Part shown: positions 19,485-28,444 of the stretch, one piece after another | Numbering within the stretch: position 1 is the stretch's first letter | Layout of the letters: each line of letters starts with the position of its first letter | NCBI GenBank assembly: GCA_963765675.1 | Contig: CAVXXK010000001.1 | Coordinates: forward strand, 64,001-128,000 | Source: an uncultured delta proteobacterium | Lineage (GTDB): Bacteria; Desulfobacterota; Binatia; Binatales; Binataceae | Length of the DNA: 64,000 bases | Reading direction: 5' to 3' | Program-made: the position numbers and the translations under genes | Notes under the pieces: model-generated | Told to the model about the DNA's origin: nothing | Seen by the model: the letters and a program-made list of their open reading frames with translations, nothing else | Database searches by the model: none

Positions 19485-22469
19485 TCAACCGAGTCTGGAG
19501 GGCGGCGCAGGATTCTGAGACGCGTGTGGCGGAGCGTAGCAACCGTGCCGAGCGCAGCGTCCGGCGCGGGTGCCGGCGGCGCGGTTGCCCGCGGAGCGCG
19601 CGCCACCTTTACAGCGGCGCGAAGCGGAGCGCGAGGCGTGCGATGCACGCCGTGTCCGAGCGGCGAAGCTTGCGGAGCCCGAGCGTCCGCGCTCATAGCG
19701 AAGCGCCGATGAAAAAATGATTCGACGACAGCGTTCGGCAAGACCAGTCACCTTCTGATGCCGTGGGCAGGGGTGATGCTCTGGCGCGGCGGTTCTGGAA
19801 CCATCTTGAGGTCTCGCGCCCAGGTTTAGGTTGAGCCGTTCCAGGGCGATCGACTTTTCGCGGTTGCGGCCGACCGCGTGCCGGAGGGCGGAACTGTCGT
19901 CGGTGTAGACGGTGACCCCGTGGCGCGCGCGGCTGATCGAGACGTAAAACTGTTTGCGGTTCACGAGTTCAGCCGAGCGAGCGGTATCGATGTTGACGAT
20001 GACGCGGTCGACCGTCGCGCCCTGGCTGGAATGCGAAGTCGAGGCGTAACCGTAGTCGATGTGGCGGAGCCGACTGGCCGCGGCTTTGACTTCGCGCCCG
20101 TCGTCCATCCGCAGCGCGGCCTTTCGGTCGTCGATTGCAACGACCGTCGCAAAATCTCCGTTCGCGACGCCGAGCGCGCGGTCGGGTGCGCGGAACTGGA
20201 TGCGGTCGCCCTTGGCGATGACTCTGCGCTCCTCGCGGAACAGATCGACGCCGGTGAGCCGCGCTGGGTTGTATTCAACTGCTCGACCGTCTTCGGTGCG
20301 CACGGTGATCCGGTTGAGATCCGAGTCTGTACTCTCGACTCGTGCGTACGTGTCCTTGCCGAGCCCAAGATGGCGGCTGCCACGGCGGTAGCGAATCACG
20401 TCGCCAACTTCGTAACTCTGAGCGCGCTGGCGCTGTGCGGTGGTTAGGTTGCGGTTGACGAGGATGATCTGCTCTTTCCCTTCGGCGCCGACATGGGAGC
20501 GCTGCTTCAGGAGTTCGCGAATGGCGGAGTTGAGTTGCCGGCGCTCGTCGTTGGCAGGACTGACGACCAATACGCGCTCTCCGGCCTCGTGCGCGGTGAC
20601 GTATTCCTGTGCGATGGATTTATATCGCGCATCAGGATTGTCGATCTCGCGGATGCGGTCATGCTGCTCGAGCAGCGCGAGCGCGCGATCGATCTCTCCT
20701 TTGGCCGCAAGCTCCACTGCTTCGCGAAGGATAGGGTCCCGCTGGCGGCGAATCGTGTCCAGCCGCGCCACCGCATCCCGGCCTGCTGCATCTGGTGGAT
20801 CGGGTCGTCCCGCCTCGATCGCATGGTGCTGATGCTGGTCGCCGACGAACACGATCCGTTCCACGCCTGCGTCGCGGGCCTGATGAAGGAGGCGGTTGAC
20901 CTGGCGCGTCGCGAGCAAACTCGACTCATCGACGATCCATAATTCCTGACGGCCAGAAGCGGAGATTTTATTTTCGATCAGACTTGCCACGGTTCGGGAC
21001 TCGACTCCGGCTTCGGATAGCGCCTTGACCGCGCGCGTGGTCGGAGCAAAGCCGCGCACGGCGTAGCCGTGCTCTTCGGCGAACTCGCGGATCGCTCCGA
21101 CCGTGGTGGTCTTCGCGCTGCCGGCGCGGCCTTCGATCGAGGTGAGCCAGTCGGGCGTCGTGAGGATAAGTTGCGCGACTTCGATTTGATCGGCGAACAA
21201 TCCTCGGTCCGTTGCCCATCGGCGAATCTCTGTGTCATTCGCGATGGGCAGAATTTGGCCTTGGCCCGCGCGCATCAGGTCGAGGTTATCGCGCTCAAGG
21301 GCGAGCATCTCGGAAGTGGTGAAGGTGCCGCCCGGTGAGGCGATGGAAGCGTCCAGGACGATCAGCGCGCGGCGTTGTTCCCAAGCCATGCCCTCGCGGC
21401 GCAACTGGTCGAGATCAATTACTCCCATCGCGTGCTGGAGGGCGGTTGCTTCGAGCGCGCGACGGTCGATCACCGCCTCGCGCTCGGTGCTGTGCGCCAC
21501 GGCGAAGCGAAGCGCCTCCTCGATCCTTGCCTGGGTGGAGACCCGAACGGCGGCCTGGGTGTGGGAATGGCCCTCGAAGCGGATTCCGTAATCTCGCGCG
21601 CGCATGCGCCACTCCTCGCGAAGCTCGCCCTCGTCGCGCTGCTGCTTTGAGAGCCGGCTCTGATGAGCGATATTCTGCGCCGCGGCCGCTCCGCTGAGGC
21701 CGTTTCGCGCGAGCGTCTGCTCGATGTCCCGGCGGCGGCGCGAGAACGCCATCACCTGTTCTCGGCTATAACCTTCGAGCTCCCAGCGTCCATCGCCGCC
21801 GGTAACCGTGATGCCGTAGCCAAGTGAACGTACTTCGCGAGCCAGCTCGGAGCGATAAACCGCGCTGGCGAAGCTCTGTGAGCGATAGATCTCGACCGGG
21901 TCGAGCCCACGCCATGCGCCGTCGGGCCGGCGAGTCATGTTGGCGATGACGACGTGGGTGTGGAGATGCGGATCGGGACCGTAGCCGTCATCTGCACCTT
22001 TGGCTGGACGCGCCGCGATATGGTCGAAACGCGCGGCGACGATGTTCCGGGTGAGTACCCATTCGCTGCCGCCCTTCTGACGCGACAGCGCGTAATGCTC
22101 CAGCTCCGTCAGCGCGGTGCTGACCGCGCGGCGATGCGCATCGGTCAATCCGGCGTCTCCACCCGCCAGCGCCTGAATGCTGACCGACTTGGGCGCGTTG
22201 AAGGTCGCGTCCCATCCCGCGCGGCGTTCGGTTCGTCCATTGGCGTTGCGGACGAGAACTTCGGCAGTGCCCGGCTGTTGGCCGCGAAGTATCGCGCGAA
22301 AATCTTCGGGAGCGACTTCGTCAGAGAGCCCGAGTGCGTCGGCGCCCTGCCCGAACCATTGACCGACGACTCGATGTTCTTCGGTGTAGTAATCGTCCTG
22401 CGAGTACTTCTCTTCGTAGTAGGTCTCGGCCTGACCGGCGCTGAGCGCCCCGCTCGACATGACCAGCAT
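19485..22469 (-). CDS. mobF: MobF (TrwC-type) relaxase-helicase
   Basis: YY..DDYY, DATFNAPKSVS, DPHLHTHVVIAN, GRAGSAKTT, VDES, YASTSHSSQGATVD and YVSISRAR; true 3' end probably ~19750. Confidence 0.93.
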   Translation of the reverse strand: MLVMSSGALSAGQAETYYEEKYSQDDYYTEEHRVVGQWFGQGADALGLSDEVAPEDFRAILRGQQPGTAEVLVRNANGRTERRAGWDATFNAPKSVSIQALAGGDAGLTDAHRRAVSTALTELEHYALSRQKGGSEWVLTRNIVAARFDHIAARPAKGADDGYGPDPHLHTHVVIANMTRRPDGAWRGLDPVEIYRSQSFASAVYRSELAREVRSLGYGITVTGGDGRWELEGYSREQVMAFSRRRRDIEQTLARNGLSGAAAAQNIAHQSRLSKQQRDEGELREEWRMRARDYGIRFEGHSHTQAAVRVSTQARIEEALRFAVAHSTEREAVIDRRALEATALQHAMGVIDLDQLRREGMAWEQRRALIVLDASIASPGGTFTTSEMLALERDNLDLMRAGQGQILPIANDTEIRRWATDRGLFADQIEVAQLILTTPDWLTSIEGRAGSAKTTTVGAIREFAEEHGYAVRGFAPTTRAVKALSEAGVESRTVASLIENKISASGRQELWIVDESSLLATRQVNRLLHQARDAGVERIVFVGDQHQHHAIEAGRPDPPDAAGRDAVARLDTIRRQRDPILREAVELAAKGEIDRALALLEQHDRIREIDNPDARYKSIAQEYVTAHEAGERVLVVSPANDERRQLNSAIRELLKQRSHVGAEGKEQIILVNRNLTTAQRQRAQSYEVGDVIRYRRGSRHLGLGKDTYARVESTDSDLNRITVRTEDGRAVEYNPARLTGVDLFREERRVIAKGDRIQFRAPDRALGVANGDFATVVAIDDRKAALRMDDGREVKAAASRLRHIDYGYASTSHSSQGATVDRVIVNIDTARSAELVNRKQFYVSISRARHGVTVYTDDSSALRHAVGRNREKSIALERLNLNLGARPQDGSRTAAPEHHPCPRHQKVTGLAERCRRIIFSSALRYERGRSGSASFAARTRRASHASRSASRRCKGGARSAGNRAAGTRAGRCARHGCYAPPHASQNPAPPSRLG

Positions 22470-22472
22470 GAC

Positions 22473-24284
22473 TCATGCCCTCAATCTGCGGGGAGGACGT
22501 GGCGGTCGCGGGCCGCCGCTTCCCGGCGGCACAAGGAGCGGCCCGCTGCTGTCGTTTGGCGAGTCCGGCGGCAAGTCAGCGGGTTCAGTCCGGCAGATGA
22601 ACCCCGGATGACGCCGGAGCGGCGCGAGATACGGAATCGTGACTTTCGCTCGACGGTAGCCGGTGATGCAGAGATAACCCTCGAACGGGCGCAGCATCTG
22701 AACCTCACTCGCGAGCGCGACGCTCTCCACCTGCCGATGCGGGTGGATAGTAAAGCCGTCGCGGGAGTCGCCCAGCCGGGTGCTCTGACCGACGAGACCT
22801 CGGCTGACTTCGCGCTCACCGATCTGCGCACTCGACCACCGCGCGGTCTCGGCCTCGCCGGTACGCAGGATCAGCTTGGTGGCGGGCGCGGCGGCCAGAG
22901 TTGCGGTCTGGTCGTGCCCGTAGATGGCGCGAAGCTGGGTGATGGCTTGAAGGCCCAGCACCGCGCAGAGCCCGCGCTTGCGTCCGCGCACCACCAGCGT
23001 TTCGAGCTCGGCCTGACGGCGGAGCACGGGCAGCTCGTCGGCGATGATCCAGACTTTGCCGCGTGATCCGTCGTCGGTCATCAGACGTCGCACGATGCAA
23101 TCTAGCCAGACGCTCTGGAGCGGCAGCGCCGCCTCGCGCGAGTCCTCGGTTGAGCTGAGAAACAGCCACCCCTCACGGGTTCGCGCCCATTCGAGCGCGC
23201 TCCAGGCGTGGACGGCGGATCGCGGAAGATGCCGAAACGAACTGGTCGCGTTGAACGCCGTCGCGACGATTCCGGCGCCCTGCTCGTGCGCGCCTGGATC
23301 GATGAGGACCTCGGCGGGAGTCCCTCGGAGCGCTTCCTTCAGCTTGGCGCGGGGCAGCGCGAGCAGCTTCGGAAGCTCGCCCGGTTCCCTGGACTTGGCC
23401 GCGTCGAGCAGGCCGACGATGAGCGTGCGGGCCGACTGCCGGAAGAAGAAGTCGGCGCCGCCCTGACCGAAGGTATTCGCCGGGTCGGGAACCAGCGCCG
23501 CCGCGAGCGCTTCGGCGTCCATCGCCTCGCTTCCGGGTCTGAGCTCCGACCATGGTGTCCACGCCGGGCAGCGGGTATCGAGCGGGTTGAGGATCAGATC
23601 GCCGCGCTCGGGCCGGAAGAACTCAGGCAGGTACTCGCACTCGGGATCGAGCACGACCGCACTCTCTCCGCGTGCTTCGATCTGCCGGAGCATCCGCCGG
23701 ATCGCGGTGGACTTGCCCGAGCCGGGCGCGCCGACCAACAGAAAGTGTTGCGACTCCAGCGCGCGGGGAATCAAGACGCCGCCGAGTTCGACGCCGTCGC
23801 CGCTTAAGTCCCGGCGCAACCGCCGGCTCGGGATTACATCGGTCCCGCGCACGTACTCGTCTTCATCTCCTGCGCCACGGGGCGGAAAGATGATCAGGAG
23901 GCAGGCTCCGACTATCAGAGCGGTGATGACCGCGCCCCAAGGTGCATAATGCCAGAACCAGCCCGCGAACGAGCCGCCGAGGTAGTACCTGCGGTTGAGG
24001 AAGTCGTACATGCTGGCGATGGTGTAGCGCTGGCCGCGGTACGGCAGTGACGCGAACGTTAGTAGAATCTCCTGGGTTAGAAACCACGCCAGGAACCATC
24101 TCACGAAGTACCGGTGCGCCGCGGTCCCGCCGTAGTGGCCAGTCCAGTACCAGACCAGCGCAACCGTCAAAAGCGCCCACAGAAGCGCGATGAGGAGCAC
24201 CGCGCGGAGCGCCGTTTGCGCCCAGACATGCAGCGATGCGAGGTCGGCGCGTCGTCTGACCGCCCGATCAACATATGCGTTCAT
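22473..24284 (-). CDS. Type IV coupling protein (TrwB/TraD-like)
   Basis: N-terminal TM helices, HFLLVGAPGSGKS, WIIADELP and RGRKRG. Confidence 0.9.
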   Translation of the reverse strand: MNAYVDRAVRRRADLASLHVWAQTALRAVLLIALLWALLTVALVWYWTGHYGGTAAHRYFVRWFLAWFLTQEILLTFASLPYRGQRYTIASMYDFLNRRYYLGGSFAGWFWHYAPWGAVITALIVGACLLIIFPPRGAGDEDEYVRGTDVIPSRRLRRDLSGDGVELGGVLIPRALESQHFLLVGAPGSGKSTAIRRMLRQIEARGESAVVLDPECEYLPEFFRPERGDLILNPLDTRCPAWTPWSELRPGSEAMDAEALAAALVPDPANTFGQGGADFFFRQSARTLIVGLLDAAKSREPGELPKLLALPRAKLKEALRGTPAEVLIDPGAHEQGAGIVATAFNATSSFRHLPRSAVHAWSALEWARTREGWLFLSSTEDSREAALPLQSVWLDCIVRRLMTDDGSRGKVWIIADELPVLRRQAELETLVVRGRKRGLCAVLGLQAITQLRAIYGHDQTATLAAAPATKLILRTGEAETARWSSAQIGEREVSRGLVGQSTRLGDSRDGFTIHPHRQVESVALASEVQMLRPFEGYLCITGYRRAKVTIPYLAPLRRHPGFICRTEPADLPPDSPNDSSGPLLVPPGSGGPRPPRPPRRLRA

Positions 24285-24660
24285 TGCCTAATACCTCCGT
24301 CGCCTCCGAGGCGGTCGATGTAGTCGCGCGCGGCCTTCTCCGACGCCTCGATGATCTCGTCCACCGCAGACTCGCTCAGGCTCTGGTCGAGCGCGTGCAG
24401 GAACGCCGAGCGAGTCTTCACCACCTCGAATAACAGCCGCGTGAATCTCTCCGAGCGTTCTGTTCGAGCCGTTCGCAGGCTTTGCTGAGTGCGGCGGAGC
24501 CGCCAACTGCTGTTTCGGCGAGGTGCATGTACGTATCGACGACCAGCGACTGAATCAGCGTGGTCGGCGATAAGCCTGAACTTGCCGCCTGCTTTTCGAC
24601 TCGCGCGGCGAGCGTCTCAGGCAGCCTGATCGTGTAGGTTCTCTTGCTCTCCTGGCTCAT
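24281..24660 (-). CDS. Ribbon-helix-helix relaxosome accessory protein (TrwA-like position), frameshifted ~24450-24480
   Basis: TYTIRLPETLAARVEKQA RHH pattern. The C-terminal frame FTRLLFEVVKTRS...GIRQ* ends overlapping the T4CP start (ATGA). Confidence 0.6.
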
Positions 24661-24899
24661 CTGACTGGACCTCCGCGCTGCAAGCATCTGTTTGCAATGG
24701 AAAATCAAGGGTTTCCGACGGTTCGCTGATTCGCTTCCACGTCTGTGTACACGTCGCGAAGCACGCGTTTACGCTGAAAGATCGCGGGCTTTTCTCCATC
24801 TCCGTACTCGTTGCTGCAAGCAGGCTTCATTCGCGAATGAGTGACGTGTCATCAACTCACACGCGCAAAGCGCGTCTGCGCATTTGGTACTGCTGCGAG
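24661..24899. other. Candidate oriT region
   Basis: Non-coding gap upstream of RHH-T4CP-MobF containing hairpin ACGCGC-AAA-GCGCGT, palindrome TCATTCGCGAATGA and two copies of GCTGCAAGCA. Confidence 0.45.
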
Positions 24900-25175
24900 T
24901 CAGCCTTGTGACTTGGCGTCGCCGTTGGACAAAGAGGAACTGGGGCGGCGATGATGACTGCCGCCGCCGCTGGAACGTGACCAGGTCTGGAACTCACGGT
25001 CAGCTTGCAGGAAGGCACTGAGAATCTCCGGAATCAGCGCCTTCGAATCCACGGCGTCGCCGTGAACGTGCTCGTAGTAGCGCGCGTAGCCCTCGAGCGC
25101 GGCATTCAGGTCGCCGGCCAGCGTCACGCGCACCTGTAGGGAACGAAGCGGCTTTGCGATGCGTGCGAGTTTCAT
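24900..25175 (-). CDS. DUF2274 family protein
   Basis: L..DL..AL..YA.YY...HG.....LIP.IL..FL..DREF pattern. Confidence 0.75.
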   Translation of the reverse strand: MKLARIAKPLRSLQVRVTLAGDLNAALEGYARYYEHVHGDAVDSKALIPEILSAFLQADREFQTWSRSSGGGSHHRRPSSSLSNGDAKSQG

Positions 25176-25212
25176 ATCGGACCTCCATTAATGGTTACTC
25201 GGAAAGGACTGC

Positions 25213-25542
25213 TCAGAAGGGCGCGAGGTAAGTCAGCAAATGGACCGCAATCAGCGCGGCCCAAGCTGCTACTCCGCCAGCCAGCAGGCGCCCTGCTCGC
25301 GGGTAGCTGCCGATCGCGTACAAGATCGCCGACAGCGCGAAGTTCAGCGCTATCGCGGCGTGAGCCACGGGGCCGACCAGGATGCCTTGAATCGCGCCGA
25401 GCGTCTGGTCCCATGGCATGGCACCGGCGTATTGTGCGGCCCACGATGGCTCGGCTCGAAGCGCGAACAGCGCGGCGGCACAGGCGGCGATGAGCCATCT
25501 GACGTTCGATTTCGGCGCTTGCTTTACTGCGACTGGGATCAT
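25213..25542 (-). CDS. TrbC/VirB2-family pilin
   Basis: Signal-like leader, MPWDQTLGAIQGILVGPVA and two hydrophobic helices. Confidence 0.75.
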   Translation of the reverse strand: MIPVAVKQAPKSNVRWLIAACAAALFALRAEPSWAAQYAGAMPWDQTLGAIQGILVGPVAHAAIALNFALSAILYAIGSYPRAGRLLAGGVAAWAALIAVHLLTYLAPF

Positions 25543-25570
25543 GGGGAGTACTTTTGCGTGGCTACGTGAC

Positions 25571-25607
25571 TAGCTCGCTATGTAGCGAGATATCGGACGA
25601 GTGTCAA
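25571..25607 (-). promoter_or_regulatory. Putative pilin/mob promoter with the same operator
   Basis: Minus strand TTGACA-N17-TACATA, inside palindrome CTCGCTACATAGCGAG. Confidence 0.65.
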
Positions 25608-25653
25608 GCGTGAAGATCGATCAGCGCGAAACGGTCGGGAGCTTGTTGGCGGG

Positions 25654-26320
25654 CTACTCGGTCAGATAGCCGAGCTGGGAGAGCCGCACGGTGGCGGCTT
25701 CGACGGATACATCGAACGCAAGCGAAATACGCTGGCAGAGCGCTGACGCTTCAGGCGATCCCTTGGCCACCGGCGGGCGCTCAGAGCGATTCTGGAAATA
25801 AGCCTCGACCGCGCGCCGCGCGAAGCTCTCCGGCATCAGCAAGGCACCCGAGGCATAGCCCGCCTGCCATTCAAACCAGTCAACGACCGCGCTCGGTCGG
25901 AAGCAGGCTCTGCCAGTAACAGCGGTGCGGACTGCGGGCAGCGCCGTACTTGTCGTACAGCCAAGCGTGGAGCATCACGTGGCCATATTCGTGGGTCAGG
26001 GTCGTGCGCAACCGGTTGTTACGATGCCGTTGCTCCCACAGTTCCCGCGCGATTGTGACCCGCGGCTTTCGGCCGCGCTCGAACTGGGTGAAACCAAAGA
26101 CCTCGTGAATGTCATCGGAAAGATCCGTCGCCAAGTCGAGGTCGGCGGCGTCACGCTCGATCAGCATCGTGACCGCCTCGGTCGGCACCGGGATGCGTTC
26201 AAATCCGAAGTGCTGGCGCAGAAAGGAGGTGATCGTCTCCTCGCACATCTGCTCAAGCTCGCCGATCTCCCAGTGCGGACGCTCCGGAAAGCGCCCGGTC
26301 CTGTCCGGTATCATCTTCAC
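25654..26320 (-). CDS. ImmA/IrrE-family metalloprotease (frameshift ~25885)
   Basis: RLRTTLTHEYGH, then after a frame change DWFEWQAGYASGALLMP...FDVS..AA.VRL. Confidence 0.85.
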
Positions 26321-26640
26321 GGCTTCTTCCTGCGCTTTACTTCCCGCCGGAACGCCTTCCAGCCTGCGGCGAGTTCCTGCGCACTGTTGACGGTCGTCGC
26401 GCTGAGGTCGGCTGGAAACCGCCCTGCCAGAAAGTAGAGCACATCCGAATCGACCTTGAGAACCTTGGCGAGTTGTTCAAGGACTTCGTCGGAAGGCTTG
26501 CGCCGGTCGTGTTCGAGGTCAACCAGGAACGGAATCGAGATCGGCTTGCCATCGGAGTTGCGCACCTCCGCCACCACCTCGCGTCCCGCCAACCCCAGCT
26601 CCTTGCGCCGCTCAACGATGAACTGTCCGAGTGTCTGCAT
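26317..26640 (-). CDS. XRE-family HTH repressor (ImmR-like)
   Basis: TLGQFIVERRKELGL...ISIPFLVDLEHDRRKPS...LAKVL; overlaps the start of the ImmA-like gene. Confidence 0.85.
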   Translation of the reverse strand: MQTLGQFIVERRKELGLAGREVVAEVRNSDGKPISIPFLVDLEHDRRKPSDEVLEQLAKVLKVDSDVLYFLAGRFPADLSATTVNSAQELAAGWKAFRREVKRRKKP

Positions 26641-26645
26641 TAATA

Positions 26646-26655
26646 GCTATGTAGC
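26646..26655. promoter_or_regulatory. Third operator copy, 5 nt upstream of the repressor ATG
   Basis: GCTATGTAGC. Confidence 0.6.
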
Positions 26656-27065
26656 ATAATGGAATGTGATTAGGAAGATATGCTGCTCACATCATCCTCT
26701 TGCCGTAAGTGTGACACAACTATTCGACTTTTAAACAGTCTCCGCTCCGCTTTGTCTCAAAACCTAATTCTTCTTTTTCCTCTTCTTTCTTTTCTCCCCC
26801 TCCCCCCTCTCCCCCCCTCACCCCCTCCCCCCCCCTCTCCCCCCCGGAGATCTCCCCGATCCGGTGCTTGTCACGTTGCGTCTAAACATTGAGGTATGGA
26901 AGGTTGGCCGGACCCCGTCGCGCGTCGGACGACCCGACGTGCATCAATTGTGGCAGCAGCGCGTATCCCATTGCTGAACAAGCTGGCCGATCGGTCATCG
27001 AGTTTCGTTGAAGCCGCTCGCGCAGAGAATTTCGCACAATATCGGCTCCCCCCCCCCCCCATATA

Positions 27066-27976
27066 TCAGGCCAGGTTCCATCGACATTGGATTTCCTGAC
27101 TGTTCAAGACGTCGATCACGCGCACTGGTTCGCCGAGATCGCTCCATTCGCATCCGTGAACCGGAAGGACCGCAAGATTCGTCGGACGCCTCGCCAAAAC
27201 GTCCCGTGAAAAGTCCGTGTCATAGGAAGCGTACAGGATCTCGACGAATCGCTCCTCCGAGCTGGTCAGGAGTGCTCGACTTACGCGTGCGAAGGAGCGG
27301 TAGAGTTCCGGCGCCGATACCATGATAAGTCCCAAGAGCGTGGACAAACCAGCCACCATCACGAAGCTATTCCAGAGGCACGCGCGCTCCAGAAGTGTTT
27401 TGGCCAACTTCGGCGACGGTTTCACATCGCGAATGCCGGTATAATCCGCACCTACAGCCGGCCCCGGTTCGATCCAGCCGTAGGCGGTTTCACCACTGTC
27501 CGCGGCGATACCCAGGAGTACCGTCAACTCGGGGCGGAGTCTGACGGCGTGGAAGGCCAGATCAACGTGGCGCATGAAGTGGCGTTCGTCGCTCACGAAG
27601 TGATCCGACGGAAACAGTGCTACGTATGCGGTGGACTCCAATTTCGACAATCGGAGGAGCGAATAGAGGATCGCTGCGGCGGTGCCACGATTGTCGGGCT
27701 GAGATCACGAGATTTTGCTGCCGCACAGCTCCAAGCAGCGGTTCGTAGTAACGCTCATGCGCACGAGTCACCGCGATCAAGACTTGGTCGTCTGCGACCG
27801 ACAGGGAAACGCGATGGCGCGTTTGCTCGATCAGCGATGAGTCGCCGAGCACAGAGCGAAACTGTTTCGGCCTGGAATCATCCGCAATCCGTCGCGTTAG
27901 CGGAGATAATCGCTTCCCCCTCTCCGCCCGCCAAGATGATTGCCCAGAGGTTGCGATTCTCATTGTACGACCGCAT
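27066..27976 (-). CDS. Mannose-1-phosphate guanylyltransferase-like nucleotidyltransferase (several frameshifts)
   Basis: WAIILAGGEG, RPKQF, PSDHFV, YGWIEP, WNSF and WSDLG across three frames. Confidence 0.8.
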
Positions 27977-28317
27977 CAGATGCTTCCTTAAGGCTGGGCC
28001 TGCTTTGAACCGCCCAAATTCCGATCGAATCAATCTACTGGGGGAAAAAAATCGCGACCGCATCTGACTTCAATTTCTTTGCAAGAAGCATCCGCGCAAC
28101 TTCGCTCAGATGTAAAGCAGAGTTTTGTAATCTGAAGAACAAAATAGTGTCGATGGGCGGTGAGCCGCAGGCCTAATCTGCTAGGTTGAGCTTATAGGGC
28201 GCTCTTCGTATCTGGACGAAGCATTCTCTAGCTTAAGGGTGCCGGGGGGGAACCTCGTCCAACTCAGGTCCACAACCGGTGCTCTGCCAGTTCTTGAATC
28301 CAAGCAGAGGTAACTAA

Positions 28318-28400
28318 GTGTCAGCCAGGTTCGCGATCAACGGCTTTAGCTGCACGGGCCGCATGGGTTTTCAGGCTGCTTTACAATACGGTGGCCAGCG
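28318..28400 (+). pseudogene. GAPDH N-terminal remnant
   Basis: MSARFAINGFSCTGRMGFQAA resembles the AINGFGRIGR motif. Confidence 0.55.
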
Positions 28401-28444
28401 TCCAAGTAACCGAAACCGGCGACCGTCTGGGCGAAGGAGATCAC

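Larger units (their letters stand above)
17709..26660 (-). mobile_element. Integrative mobilizable element backbone at tRNA-Asn
   Basis: Co-oriented XRE, ImmA, VirB2, DUF2274, RHH, T4CP, MobF, xis and int, directly 3' of the tRNA. Confidence 0.88.

Noticed and set aside
20770-20815. Odd GRPDPPDAAGRD segment in the relaxase
   Set aside because: The alternative frame reads PIHQMQQAGM; two compensating indels are more likely than a real insertion
26760-26860. C/T-rich low-complexity tract as a G-quadruplex or regulatory element
   Set aside because: Resembles basecalling noise and coincides with the quality drop
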